Notes: generated by a model from the letters alone, not told the origin. Counted from the stretch's first letter, positions 10,113 to 19,600 are shown. The stretch is 64,000 bases of DNA from a virus (IMGVR_UViG_3300049855_000474:32001-96000); one strand, 5' to 3'. Numbers and translations: made by a program.

Positions 10113-10198
10113 GGATCTGGTAAATGAATCCAGCAGACAGCAGATTATTTGATAGGGTGGATAACACAATTTCCACTGTATTTATTTGAGGTTTAGTA

Positions 10199-10984
10199 AT
10201 GACTGATAATCGTCTTGGTGATCGTGTTGATATTGATCAGATCTTGGAGGGTGATTTACCCTACCCAGGGCAACAACAAGCCCCCTCAGCCTTTTCAGGA
10301 GCTGAGGGGATGGATGCTCCCTTCAAGGTGAGCACGGGACAATCCAGCTCCACCAATAAAGCGGGTTTAGATGTAGGTAACTATGATCCTAAGTCTACAG
10401 CAGCCCAACAGACAACAAAAGCGGCAGAGAAGCCTATAGATAAAGAGCCCCCAGTAGCTTCAAAACCCACAACAGCGAATGTGTCAATGCAGCTACGAAA
10501 GTTCCGTGAAGCTTTCGGTGTGAAGCGCATTAGTACAAAAACCTATGTAGTTAAGCGTCAGAGTGAGGAAGGTGAGGTCAACTTCTCTTTCCAGCTTCGT
10601 CAATTGAACTATGAAGATTATCAGTGGGCTGTAATGAAGGCAACAGAGCATTCCATAGAGAATGATGTGCCTCTGATGTTCGCTTTCCACTTTGCGACAG
10701 TCGCAATCGCAATCTCTGCTATGGATGTAGACTTAGCAGAGGGTACTAAACCAACCCCAATCTACGAAGTATTCAATATTCCTGTAGAGAATACCGCACA
10801 TATTCGAGATCCTTTCTACCCAGCAACTCCAATTCGTACAGCGGCTGCTGCTCTCCTGTTCACGGAGCTGCATGACTCTCTTTTTGATATTGTTCAAGAA
10901 CTGCATGATGCTGTAGACGAGTACGTGACCAACAGGTCACAAGCGGTCCAGAAGGAGAAAGAAGAGGTTGGCCCTTTAGCATAG
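10199..10984 (+). CDS. Tail assembly chaperone (gpG-like)
   Basis: Lies between tube and tape measure; FQLRQLNYED motif; ends at the slippery heptamer C CCT TTA. Confidence 0.72.
   Translation: MTDNRLGDRVDIDQILEGDLPYPGQQQAPSAFSGAEGMDAPFKVSTGQSSSTNKAGLDVGNYDPKSTAAQQTTKAAEKPIDKEPPVASKPTTANVSMQLRKFREAFGVKRISTKTYVVKRQSEEGEVNFSFQLRQLNYEDYQWAVMKATEHSIENDVPLMFAFHFATVAIAISAMDVDLAEGTKPTPIYEVFNIPVENTAHIRDPFYPATPIRTAAAALLFTELHDSLFDIVQELHDAVDEYVTNRSQAVQKEKEEVGPLA
10972..10978 (+). other. Programmed -1 ribosomal frameshift site (CCCTTTA)
   Basis: X XXY YYZ heptamer in the correct phase (ggc cct tta gca tag); the -1 frame is open through to ORF 11041..11532. Confidence 0.78.
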
Positions 10985-11040
10985 AGCAGCTCAAGGAGGT
11001 TGATTACGACCTCTGGCTACGAGGTAAGCTTGCTGCAAAA

Positions 11041-11532
11041 ATGCGAACTACCGTTAATGATCCACGGCTGCTGGACCTCACGCATACACAGGCAGAGTTG
11101 TCATTACTATTCATTCATGATGATGAAAATGAATATTTCGATAGAGTCGAAGCTATGCTCGGTATTCTATGGACACGGGAGGAAGTGGCTGGAATGCTTG
11201 GTGGCGAGGTAGGGGATCAACAATTACAGCAAATAGAGAAGTTTGATATAAAAAGAGCTCGATACCCCTTAGCGCTGATACTACGACCCGATCTATTTAC
11301 CGAGTTGAAAGAACGTTTTGGTTTGGGTACAAGAGAAAAGAACGATAAGGGTATGCCAGGAATGCCACATGTCCCAAGTGATGCTCAGTCTCTTGGTATG
11401 CTTGATAAAGACTCGTTCTTGAACAAACTAGGATTCAAGAGTTATAAGGATGATGCAGTAGGCTCACCCAATCAAAGAGATGTTCAAACAGGATTTATTC
11501 CGACAACACCACGTCGTCTAGGCGGAAGATAA
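11041..11532 (+). CDS. Tail assembly chaperone frameshift extension (gpT-like)
   Basis: -1 frame relative to 10199..10984, open from at least 10921, and abuts the tape measure start. Confidence 0.68.
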   Translation: MRTTVNDPRLLDLTHTQAELSLLFIHDDENEYFDRVEAMLGILWTREEVAGMLGGEVGDQQLQQIEKFDIKRARYPLALILRPDLFTELKERFGLGTREKNDKGMPGMPHVPSDAQSLGMLDKDSFLNKLGFKSYKDDAVGSPNQRDVQTGFIPTTPRRLGGR

Positions 11533-14514
11533 ATGGCTGATAAGAAAGAAAAGGTCCTGTCAAAGCAGGATGTTGATATAATCAAAAAGCGCACTAAGCT
11601 GCTAGCAACAGAGCAGCGTTTATCTAAACTAGACAAAGAACTCAGGCAATCACGTGTAAAACTAGGGCGTATTGACAATGAGCAGTCCGAAGAAGCTATA
11701 AAGCTTAGAGAAAAGATAGCCCAGCTAGATCACGAAGCGGTTGGAATAACTAGAGAGCACGATAAACTCCACAAGAGCATTACAAGTTCTTATGCTGATG
11801 AATCCAAGCATATAGCTAATATACTCAAAAATCGTCTAGGACTCAACTCATTACAAGAACAAGTTAATAGAAAAGCAGGTAAGCAACTAGATTACGCTAG
11901 TGATATTACTAAAGAGATCTCTGGCTGGATCGGTTACCTTCAAAAAGCCAAAGGGTTGCTGGCTGATATCTCGAATCCGGATAGTAAGCCGGATACGATG
12001 TTTGGTAGGGCTGGAAAACTAGCCTATGAAGATGTTCAGTACGCAGCTAAGAACTATCTGGCTCTACAAGGCGAAGTACAACAGGCTAACGAAACTACCG
12101 CATCAAAAGCTACAGCTGCTGCTATGAGCACAGCCAAAGCTATCGGTAACATGTCCTCCTCTGGGTTTGATGAGAAGACAAGGAAAAACGTCTCAGGCTC
12201 GGTAGCTGTTATTTACGAGTTTCGCCAAGCTTACGAAGAGTTAGGCAAAGAAGCCAAGAAAACCAGCCAAGAACTTGGTGCCGATCTGTCGGAAGTGAAG
12301 AAGCTTCAGGCAGAGTTAGCTACAAAAATGACCCTGGACGTTCGTGACGAGAACGCCAGAAAAGCTGTAGCCTCTATGACTAAAGAGTTCATCTACATGC
12401 GAGAGCGGGGTATTTTACCTGCTGACGTTGGTATTGATGAGGTTATTAAAAGAGCCCAACAGTTCGGAACAGCTAGCCCCAGAAATATAGCTAAAGTAGC
12501 TAAAGAATTTGCTTACCTCTCTGCTCTGCCTGACGTAATGGCAAAGCGACTCAAGAAGCTCAATCCAGAGCTAGGACGATTCGTTGCTGCAAACAGGGAA
12601 GAACTAGCAAAATCTGTACGAGAGCTAAACGCAGAACTCGGGGACCAAAATACAGTCCTGGAGAATCTAGCTACCAACTACGCGGTGCTTACAGCTAAAG
12701 CTCATGCTTATGGTGCTTCGGCGGAAACAGCAGCCAAGGTAGGAAATGCTTTAGCTAAGGGACTATTCAAGACAGATACTTCAATCGATGCTATTTCTAT
12801 GGGGGCAGGCGAGAATCTTGCTAACCAAATCCGTAAGAATAAGCAAGTAGCTTACGATCTCGCCAGGCAACAAAAAGGTGATGACGGTAAAGAACGCACC
12901 AAGGAAGAAATTGAGCAAACTGCCCAAATTTACATCCGAAAAGCGAATGAGGGCGGTACATCCAATTCTACACTAGCGCGGATGACCTCTACTACTACCC
13001 AAGGCATGGAGGCTCTACTGGGTAGAATGCGGGAACTTATACCACAAGGAACAACAACAGAAAATGCTTCTCGAATCATGGCGTCCCAAGGCTTCACAAC
13101 TGGAAGCGCGATGGGCGATGAAATTATGGCACAGCTTGCTCTAGAAAAGCCTGACGCTAAAGCTACAGAAAAAGCATTAGGGGATATCAAAAAGTTCCAA
13201 GAGGAAGCAGCTAAAGAAGCTAAGGCTCTATTAGACAAAGAAAACGAGTATAAAGCAAAGCAAGAAGCCGCAACACTCGCGGTAACTCAGATGGTTGAAC
13301 CTGTCAAACTTCTCGAGAATATCGAGAAATGGACACTGGCTACATCTAACAACACTTTTGGTATAGCTGCAACACTCGCGGTACTTGGAGGTGGTAACCT
13401 ACTACTTAAAGCCCTACAAAGTCGTGGCGGACCAGGCGGCACCAACCCATTCCCTAATCTAGGGAAACCTAGAAGTGGTAGTGGAGGAACAGGGGGTTCA
13501 GGAGGAACAGGTGGTAGTGGTGGTAGCAGAGGAATACCGGGGGATATCGAAGCTCCCAAGACACACACATATAGCGCCACTACAGGCGAAGCAGTAAACC
13601 CTACTACAGGTAAGGCAATAGATGCGGTCTCTGATGCTGCAGATGACTTGGCAGAAGTAACTAAGAAGCAAACTCTTACCCAGAAGCTAATGACACTGGG
13701 TAAGAAGGATATAGGTAAAGCCCTAGCTGATACTACAAAAGGCATCACAAAAAATGGCGGAAAAAAAGTAGTAGAGGCAACTAAGAATTTGTGGGAGGGG
13801 ATTGGGAAGACAGCAGGCAGCGCCAAAGGCTCATTAGCTTCTGGTTGGCGTGGTATGACAGCTACATCCACCGAAATAAGTAAAAATACCGGCAAGGTGG
13901 GCAAAGCTCTAGGAGCTGTAGGTCTTGGATTAAGTGCCTATACGATATTGTCTGATGATAAAACTAACGCCTCCGAAAAGACCGCAAAAGTAGGCGAGGC
14001 GGTTGGAGAAGTAGGACTTGCCGCTATAAATCCGATAGCAGCAGCAGCCTTAGCAGCCAGAACTGTAGCTTCATTAGGAGCACGCTATGTGGCAGGTAAC
14101 GAAGGAGCTGCGGATTGGATTGATGACAATGTCAAACTCTCCAAAGTAGGAGAACTATTAGGTGAAGGGTTGTTTAAACTCTTCGGTGACGAAAATACAA
14201 ATACCCTAGTAAAAAGCACACAAAACGTTGCTCCTGCTCAGACCGGTCCAAACATAAGTAAGAACACAGGCAGTCCTGTAAAGACAGCAAACGTAGCACC
14301 TTCTCAGCGCACACCCGTTGGAGCACCAGGAGCTTCAGCATCAGGAGCCGTACCACCAGGTTCAATTACCGCCCTAGCTGCTACAGGTTCGGCTATTTCG
14401 AATCCAGATGGGAGTATTCGAGTCCCCTGTGAGTTTACTATCGCAGGATTTCAAGATGCGGTATTCGCCAATATTCGCCAATTTGATAGCAAAAAAGCCA
14501 CAGGTCTAACGTAA
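11533..14514 (+). CDS. Tape measure protein
   Basis: 993 aa, Ala/Lys-rich and helical, with hydrophobic GxxxG segments; directly follows the chaperone pair. Confidence 0.75.
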   Translation: MADKKEKVLSKQDVDIIKKRTKLLATEQRLSKLDKELRQSRVKLGRIDNEQSEEAIKLREKIAQLDHEAVGITREHDKLHKSITSSYADESKHIANILKNRLGLNSLQEQVNRKAGKQLDYASDITKEISGWIGYLQKAKGLLADISNPDSKPDTMFGRAGKLAYEDVQYAAKNYLALQGEVQQANETTASKATAAAMSTAKAIGNMSSSGFDEKTRKNVSGSVAVIYEFRQAYEELGKEAKKTSQELGADLSEVKKLQAELATKMTLDVRDENARKAVASMTKEFIYMRERGILPADVGIDEVIKRAQQFGTASPRNIAKVAKEFAYLSALPDVMAKRLKKLNPELGRFVAANREELAKSVRELNAELGDQNTVLENLATNYAVLTAKAHAYGASAETAAKVGNALAKGLFKTDTSIDAISMGAGENLANQIRKNKQVAYDLARQQKGDDGKERTKEEIEQTAQIYIRKANEGGTSNSTLARMTSTTTQGMEALLGRMRELIPQGTTTENASRIMASQGFTTGSAMGDEIMAQLALEKPDAKATEKALGDIKKFQEEAAKEAKALLDKENEYKAKQEAATLAVTQMVEPVKLLENIEKWTLATSNNTFGIAATLAVLGGGNLLLKALQSRGGPGGTNPFPNLGKPRSGSGGTGGSGGTGGSGGSRGIPGDIEAPKTHTYSATTGEAVNPTTGKAIDAVSDAADDLAEVTKKQTLTQKLMTLGKKDIGKALADTTKGITKNGGKKVVEATKNLWEGIGKTAGSAKGSLASGWRGMTATSTEISKNTGKVGKALGAVGLGLSAYTILSDDKTNASEKTAKVGEAVGEVGLAAINPIAAAALAARTVASLGARYVAGNEGAADWIDDNVKLSKVGELLGEGLFKLFGDENTNTLVKSTQNVAPAQTGPNISKNTGSPVKTANVAPSQRTPVGAPGASASGAVPPGSITALAATGSAISNPDGSIRVPCEFTIAGFQDAVFANIRQFDSKKATGLT

Positions 14515-14527
14515 ACCAAGAGGAAAA

Positions 14528-14767
14528 ATGTCTGCAAAATTACTAAAGTCACTAGCAAATGGAAAATGTACGGTCAAAAACACCATATCTGGTGATGTGG
14601 TTGTATATTACCCAAAAGAAGACACTAACGAGCTGGATCATATTATCATCCGAGCTAGTGGTACAGAAGTGAACTTGGTCAAGTTCGCTTCTATCAAGCA
14701 GCTGAGGAAATCCCCTAACCTCAAGAGACTTGTAAACGATGGTAGTCTCTCAGTCGTCACCAATTAG
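14528..14767 (+). CDS. Small protein sharing a domain with 60052..60771
   Basis: V.N..G...I...V.L....QLRKSPNLKRLV...L.VV pattern; GAGG SD. Confidence 0.6.
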   Translation: MSAKLLKSLANGKCTVKNTISGDVVVYYPKEDTNELDHIIIRASGTEVNLVKFASIKQLRKSPNLKRLVNDGSLSVVTN

Positions 14768-15044
14768 GGATAAGCCGATGACATCAAAAAGCCTCAAAAA
14801 GCAACCAGGAGCTGCTTACCTAATCCCTATAGAAGCTACAATAGAGCTTCGAAAGATCATACAGTATAACGACTCCTGCGCTTTCCCATACAAGCGAGTT
14901 CAGCGATCCGATGTGATCAAGTTACTCAAGCAGTACGGATGGGAGGGATCGGTACATAGCCTCAACAGGCTGATCCATGCCCACTTTGGACGTTCTTTCA
15001 CTAAAGCCTCAAATCAAAATACCGGAGCCTCTAAGAATGCCTGA
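14739..15044 (+). CDS. Hypothetical protein (likely start about 14778)
   Basis: ORF coupled to the downstream phosphoesterase gene. Confidence 0.5.
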   Translation: MVVSQSSPIRDKPMTSKSLKKQPGAAYLIPIEATIELRKIIQYNDSCAFPYKRVQRSDVIKLLKQYGWEGSVHSLNRLIHAHFGRSFTKASNQNTGASKNA

Positions 15045-16170
15045 AAACAAGTCGCGATGGTCTAAAACCGTAAATAAAGCTAAAAACCATCCAGCGGCAA
15101 AAGCGGCTGCCCTCCCAGAAGAACCTCGAAAAAAGATTACAGCAGAGGACCTTATAGCTCAAGCGGAAAGCCGAGATAAGGCAAAAGTCTACCCCTCGCT
15201 ACATAACCATAAAGCACCCCCAGGATACCACCTTCGAGGAGTGTCTACCCTACTAGATGCCGAAGGCACACCAGTGCAGACTTGGGTCAAGACCGTCAAG
15301 AGTCAAGATGATCCAATGGCAATATTAGATCAATTCCAAATTGCTGTAGCTAATAGGGACATCAAACAAGCAAAACCAGTAAAAGCACCCACAATTGCTG
15401 ATAAGGATTTGCTAACAGTGTTTCCGATAGGTGACCAACACGTTGGGCTTCTATCTTGGGGAGAAGAAACCGGTGAGGATTTCGATATTAATATCGTAGA
15501 AAAAGTACTATATGCGGCAGTAAATAGATTGGTAGAGTTAGCACCATCCAGCGAACAAGCTCTAATTATCAATCTAGGGGACTTCTATCATGCAGATAAT
15601 CCTGACTCGCGTACACGCAGCGGGCACGTTCTGGATGTAGACTCTAGGTGGGCTAAAGTATTCCGAATAGGCGTTATGATCATGACAAAGTGCATCGATC
15701 GTGCGCTAGAGAAACACAAAAAAGTCAGTGTTATCAACGCTTTAGGTAACCACGACTACTGTAGTGCTCTAATGCTAACCACCTGTCTAGCTCATCATTA
15801 CAGGAATGACCCTCGTGTGTATATCGATACATCACCAGCAATGTTTCACTGGTTTGAATTTGGAGAATGCTTGCTCGGTGTCCATCACGGACATACAGCA
15901 AAAGCAGCAGATCTACCAGCAATCATGGCTTTCGATAAAAAAGAAGCCTGGGCTAGGACATCTTTCAGGCAATTCTATTGCGGACATATTCATCACCAGA
16001 AAGTTCAAGAGTTCCGAGGCGTTACAGTAGAATACTTCCGGACATTAGCAGCTCGCGACGCCTGGCACGCAGGGCAAGGTTATAGGTCGGGACGTTCTAT
16101 GGTTTGCGATGTTTGGCATAAAAATCGTGGCAGGATCATGCGCCACGAAGTTGGAATTGAGTCTCTGTGA
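15037..16170 (+). CDS. Calcineurin-like metallophosphoesterase
   Basis: GDQHVG, LGDFYH, GNHD, HHGH and GHIHH motifs; likely start MPENK at 15037 (GGAG upstream). Confidence 0.85.
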   Translation: MPENKSRWSKTVNKAKNHPAAKAAALPEEPRKKITAEDLIAQAESRDKAKVYPSLHNHKAPPGYHLRGVSTLLDAEGTPVQTWVKTVKSQDDPMAILDQFQIAVANRDIKQAKPVKAPTIADKDLLTVFPIGDQHVGLLSWGEETGEDFDINIVEKVLYAAVNRLVELAPSSEQALIINLGDFYHADNPDSRTRSGHVLDVDSRWAKVFRIGVMIMTKCIDRALEKHKKVSVINALGNHDYCSALMLTTCLAHHYRNDPRVYIDTSPAMFHWFEFGECLLGVHHGHTAKAADLPAIMAFDKKEAWARTSFRQFYCGHIHHQKVQEFRGVTVEYFRTLAARDAWHAGQGYRSGRSMVCDVWHKNRGRIMRHEVGIESL

Positions 16171-16291
16171 GACGCGCGTACTGTGTATATAAAAGCCAAA
16201 GCCAAACCGGCTTAGTTGGCTTTAATGCCTTTTAATAGTTAAATCTTTATACGGTCTTACTACCCTCACCGAAAGGATACGACCACCAACG

Positions 16292-17308
16292 ATGACCACC
16301 CGGAAAAGCGCGGAACCCACTGTTTCTAGAGACATTGAAATAAACGATACGGGAGTGTTGCTTCAAGTTCTAGGTCCTAATGACGCTTACGTGAAGCTAA
16401 TCAAGAAGTCTTTCAGAATCAAAATCTGGTTGAGAGGAAACTTGGTTAAATTGGCTGGTGGCGAAAGCGGGGTTAGGTTAGCAGAAAAGGTGCTTGGTGA
16501 GTTAGAGGCTCTAGCCCGTAAGGGCAAAGAAGTTGGTCAATTGGAAGTTACTCAGTGCATCAATATGGTAGGCAACCAACCTAATATTGATCACAAAGCG
16601 TTACGCAAGAGTGCTGTTAGAACCGGTGTCAATAGAAAGACAGTAACCCCAAAGGGGGCGGCTCAGCAAGCGTATATGCAAGCTATCGAAGAGAACGATG
16701 TGACGTTCGGGATAGGTTCCGCAGGATCCGGGAAAAGTTTCGTTGCGATGGCAATGGCTATTTCTGCAGTACTAGACAATAAATACAAGAAAATCATCCT
16801 TACACGTCCTACCGTCGAGGCTGGAGAGAAGTTAGGATTCCTGCCTGGTGGTCTAGAAGACAAGATCAACCCATACCTGCGTCCTTTATTCGATGCCATG
16901 GAAGACCTTTTGGATAGAGAGAAGGCTACCGAATGGATGCAGAAGGGCATTGTAGAAGTAGCCCCACTAGCCTTCATGAGGGGTCGCACGCTCTCGAATG
17001 CCTTCATTATTCTAGATGAAGCTCAGAATACTACATGCGAGCAAATGAAGATGTTTCTAACTCGTATTGGGTTTGGGTCCAAAGCAGTTATTACTGGTGA
17101 TATGACACAGTCTGACATAGAAGGCAGACGCAATGGTTTGATGGATGCAGTTCAGCTACTGCACAACACAGAAAGTGTTTACATTAACCGGTTCACGGAT
17201 ATTGACGTGGTGAGGCATCCTCTGGTACAAAGGATAGTACGCGTATATGACGCTCGAGATGAGCGCCGCCAGAAAGAAAGAGAAGCTGAAAATGGACCAA
17301 AAGGGTGA
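16292..17308 (+). CDS. phoH: PhoH-family ATPase (full-length, YbeZ-like with N-terminal extension)
   Basis: GSAGSGKS Walker A; RPTVEAGEKLGFLPG, FMRGRTL, ILDEAQN and VVRHPLVQRIV motifs. Confidence 0.95.
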   Translation: MTTRKSAEPTVSRDIEINDTGVLLQVLGPNDAYVKLIKKSFRIKIWLRGNLVKLAGGESGVRLAEKVLGELEALARKGKEVGQLEVTQCINMVGNQPNIDHKALRKSAVRTGVNRKTVTPKGAAQQAYMQAIEENDVTFGIGSAGSGKSFVAMAMAISAVLDNKYKKIILTRPTVEAGEKLGFLPGGLEDKINPYLRPLFDAMEDLLDREKATEWMQKGIVEVAPLAFMRGRTLSNAFIILDEAQNTTCEQMKMFLTRIGFGSKAVITGDMTQSDIEGRRNGLMDAVQLLHNTESVYINRFTDIDVVRHPLVQRIVRVYDARDERRQKEREAENGPKG

Positions 17309-17543
17309 TTGGTTTTCTAAGCCAGGTGATACAATTGTAGATCTCCTCAATGAGAGGTGCATGCCTATCTGGGAATTTGCTAAAAAATCAGGTCTATCTT
17401 TTAGTGAAGCTGTTGACTTGATTGATGGTAAAATTGCTATCACTACCGAAGTAGCTCGGGGACTAGAAGCTGCTTTTGGTGCTCCAGCGTCTTTTTGGCT
17501 CCAACGTGATAGTAATTATAGGAAGAAGATCTCTTGTTCGTAA
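17292..17543 (+). CDS. HigA-like HTH antitoxin/transcriptional regulator
   Basis: DWFSKPGDTIVDLLNER...LIDGKIAITTEVARGLEAAFGAPASFWLQRDSNY matches the HigA-family pattern. Confidence 0.8.
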   Translation: MDQKGDWFSKPGDTIVDLLNERCMPIWEFAKKSGLSFSEAVDLIDGKIAITTEVARGLEAAFGAPASFWLQRDSNYRKKISCS

Positions 17544-17989
17544 AGTGTCACGTTCACGGGCAGCCCTTCCCAAAGTCTGCCTGCCATTCTCATCACGAAA
17601 AACCCAGGTCTACTGGTGGCGGTGACGAAGCTTCGAACCTAATTTGGCTCTGTGCTAATTGCCACAGTACCGCACATCGGGTAGCCCAGCTGGTAGAGAA
17701 GGGTCGCGGGGGCGAAGCTGAGGATATCAGTACAGGCTCCTATCCTCTACCTGCACAAAGGCAACGCTTCAAGCTTGTAGTTGCGGAGATTCTTCAAGCG
17801 ACGGAAGACTCTAAGGTCACAGGCAAGAGGAAAGCCAAGGCTATGATCGAGCTTGAGCTACCTCACGAGGTCAACGACCGCATTAAGCTGCTGCTGGCTG
17901 ACAGTCGTGGCAAAGGGAAAAAGCTTAGCGTGGCTAAGTACATCGAGGCTTTAGTTGTCACCCACTTGAAGCAAAAAGGCCTTCTGTAG
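17534..17989 (+). CDS. HNH-motif protein with C-terminal RHH-like region
   Basis: HHEKPRSTGGGDEASNLIWLCANCHSTAH. Confidence 0.75.
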   Translation: MFVKCHVHGQPFPKSACHSHHEKPRSTGGGDEASNLIWLCANCHSTAHRVAQLVEKGRGGEAEDISTGSYPLPAQRQRFKLVVAEILQATEDSKVTGKRKAKAMIELELPHEVNDRIKLLLADSRGKGKKLSVAKYIEALVVTHLKQKGLL

Positions 17990-18051
17990 AAGATTATTGT
18001 GGAAGTAGGCTTTTGTGTTGAAATTATGAGGCTCGTGTTGAAAATATGAGA

Positions 18052-18086
18052 AAGGCGCCTGAACAGTTTGAATGTTCAGGCGCCTT
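18052..18086. terminator. Perfect 14-bp hairpin between converging units; terminator of the tRNA operon
   Basis: AAGGCGCCTGAACA-GTTTGAA-TGTTCAGGCGCCTT, T-rich downstream on the - strand. Confidence 0.75.
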
Positions 18087-18092
18087 CCAGTT

Positions 18093-18169
18093 TGGCTCTA
18101 GGGGCAGGGCTTGAACCTGCGACCCTTCGTTTAACAGACGAACGCTCTTACCAACTGAGCTACCCTAGA
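18093..18169 (-). tRNA. tRNA-Asn(GTT)
   Basis: Cloverleaf: acceptor TCTAGGG/CCCTAGA, anticodon arm TTCGT-CTGTTAA-ACGAA, GGTTCAA T-loop, encoded CCA. Confidence 0.93.
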
Positions 18170-18180
18170 ATAATAATAAT

Positions 18181-18256
18181 TGGTCCCTGGGATCGGTATC
18201 GAACCGATTGCCTCTGCGGCTTCACTGCAGCGCTCTACCATTTGAGCTACCCAGGG
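18181..18256 (-). tRNA. tRNA-Phe(GAA), atypical anticodon arm
   Basis: Acceptor CCCTGGG/CCCAGGG, anticodon arm CTGCA-GTGAAGC-CGCAG (A31-C39 mismatch, G32), GGTTCGA T-loop, CCA. Confidence 0.8.
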
Positions 18257-18257
18257 T

Positions 18258-18332
18258 TGGTTCCTGGGGTGAGATTCGAACTCACGACTTGTCGATTAAG
18301 AATCGACGACTCTACCGCTGAGTTACCCAGGA
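18258..18332 (-). tRNA. tRNA-Lys(CTT)
   Basis: Acceptor TCCTGGG/CCCAGGA, anticodon arm GTCGA-TTCTTAA-TCGAC, TTCGAAT T-loop, CCA. Confidence 0.9.
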
Positions 18333-18334
18333 AT

Positions 18335-18444
18335 ATGTTGTATCAGTTGCTAAACAACTGTCGCTTACCAAACACCTTGCAATTGCTATTATTAGGCAAT
18401 TGAAGGTAGCTGGGTTGCGACAATAGATTTACAACGATACACAT
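18335..18444 (-). ncRNA. Long imperfect hairpin (about 110 nt) directly 5' of the tRNA cluster
   Basis: The arms pair over about 45 bp with bulges; G-U wobbles favour the - strand. Confidence 0.45.
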
Positions 18445-18529
18445 AACCTGAACTCCAAACGGTACAAACGGGTCTAGATTTTCTTGCTAGGCTGAAATAC
18501 ACCTAGAAGAACATATAACACAGGTAACA

Positions 18530-19327
18530 CTATGGTGCAAGCGTCCCAACGATGATTATCCTCCTAGAGGGCGGATAAAGGAACAACCTTTCCTCCTGTG
18601 AGGTACCTAACAAGCTTTGAAAGTAGCGAATCCTGTAGAGCTTGTAGCCTAGAGTCCCAGGTTCTTGTACTTTCTTTCGACCCAGCTTCCAGTCCGCTCG
18701 AGCCACCTTCCAAATATCGAAGTTTTCAGTTTCTAGAATCTGGAACTGGATTGTTACTTTCTTAGCAGGACCACTACCATACAGGGCGATATGGACAATC
18801 CCAGGTATAGAAATATCCGTAACTATCTTAACAGGAAACGGGTAGGTGTTCTTTACTTGTAGATCCTTCACTCCCCAGATAACTGTCGCGTCTAGAGATG
18901 GCTGGATATAAGAACTAGCACGAGAATGTGGGGAGTGCTCTACTATATCTAAGCCAGCATAGAGAAATACGGCATGAAGAGTGCTGGCAGCTTGGCATAC
19001 ACCACCACCGAAATCCTTACGAAGGCGCTTCTTAAAGATGACCTTCGCTTTCTTGAAACCCTGCTTTTCTGTCCGTGGTCCTACAGTTTTATTAAACGAA
19101 AATAACTCGTTAGGTTGTATTACAACGCCATCAAGCAGTTGTGCGGCAAGTTTGATATTGGCAGCTCTAGCGCCGTGTGCCTTACCACGATAAGAAAACT
19201 CAGTCTTATACTCAGAGAGTAGTGTAGATTGAGCATGAGCCCGAGGACACGAGCCCAATAAAACCAAGATCAGTAATACTAAAAGTAGCGACAATAAAGC
19301 ATTTTTCAGCACAAAAACCCTATTCAA
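18530..19327 (-). CDS. VanW-domain exported protein
   Basis: Signal/TM N-terminus; RAANIKLAA..LDGVVIQPNELFSFNKTVGPR, GGGVCQAASTL, HSPHS and DATVIWG motifs. Confidence 0.9.
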   Translation of the reverse strand: MNRVFVLKNALLSLLLVLLILVLLGSCPRAHAQSTLLSEYKTEFSYRGKAHGARAANIKLAAQLLDGVVIQPNELFSFNKTVGPRTEKQGFKKAKVIFKKRLRKDFGGGVCQAASTLHAVFLYAGLDIVEHSPHSRASSYIQPSLDATVIWGVKDLQVKNTYPFPVKIVTDISIPGIVHIALYGSGPAKKVTIQFQILETENFDIWKVARADWKLGRKKVQEPGTLGYKLYRIRYFQSLLGTSQEERLFLYPPSRRIIIVGTLAP

Positions 19328-19572
19328 TCTGGAAGTACCTTAACCCAAGCTTCGCATTTAGAATACTGATAAGCAGGACAAAGCATATAGGCAATTTCTT
19401 TGGTTGTTTTACCTACACACTTAGAGTTACCGCTAGGTAACGGTGACTCGCAAAAAACTTTTGCGTTAGGTATTTGAAGAACCAAGGTTGTATAATGAGC
19501 ATTGTAATAGGCATAATCTGACCAGTTAGGACTTGCCACAAGCACATTAATAAACAAGAAAAACAACTTCAT
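19324..19572 (-). CDS. Small secreted Cys-containing protein
   Basis: Hydrophobic N-terminus, four Cys, GGAGG SD. Confidence 0.55.
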   Translation of the reverse strand: MKLFFLFINVLVASPNWSDYAYYNAHYTTLVLQIPNAKVFCESPLPSGNSKCVGKTTKEIAYMLCPAYQYSKCEAWVKVLPD

Positions 19573-19600
19573 AAAACCTCCTACAAACGAACTTTACAGG

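Noticed and set aside
18068-18403. 111-aa + strand ORF
   Set aside because: It is the antisense reading of three tRNA genes
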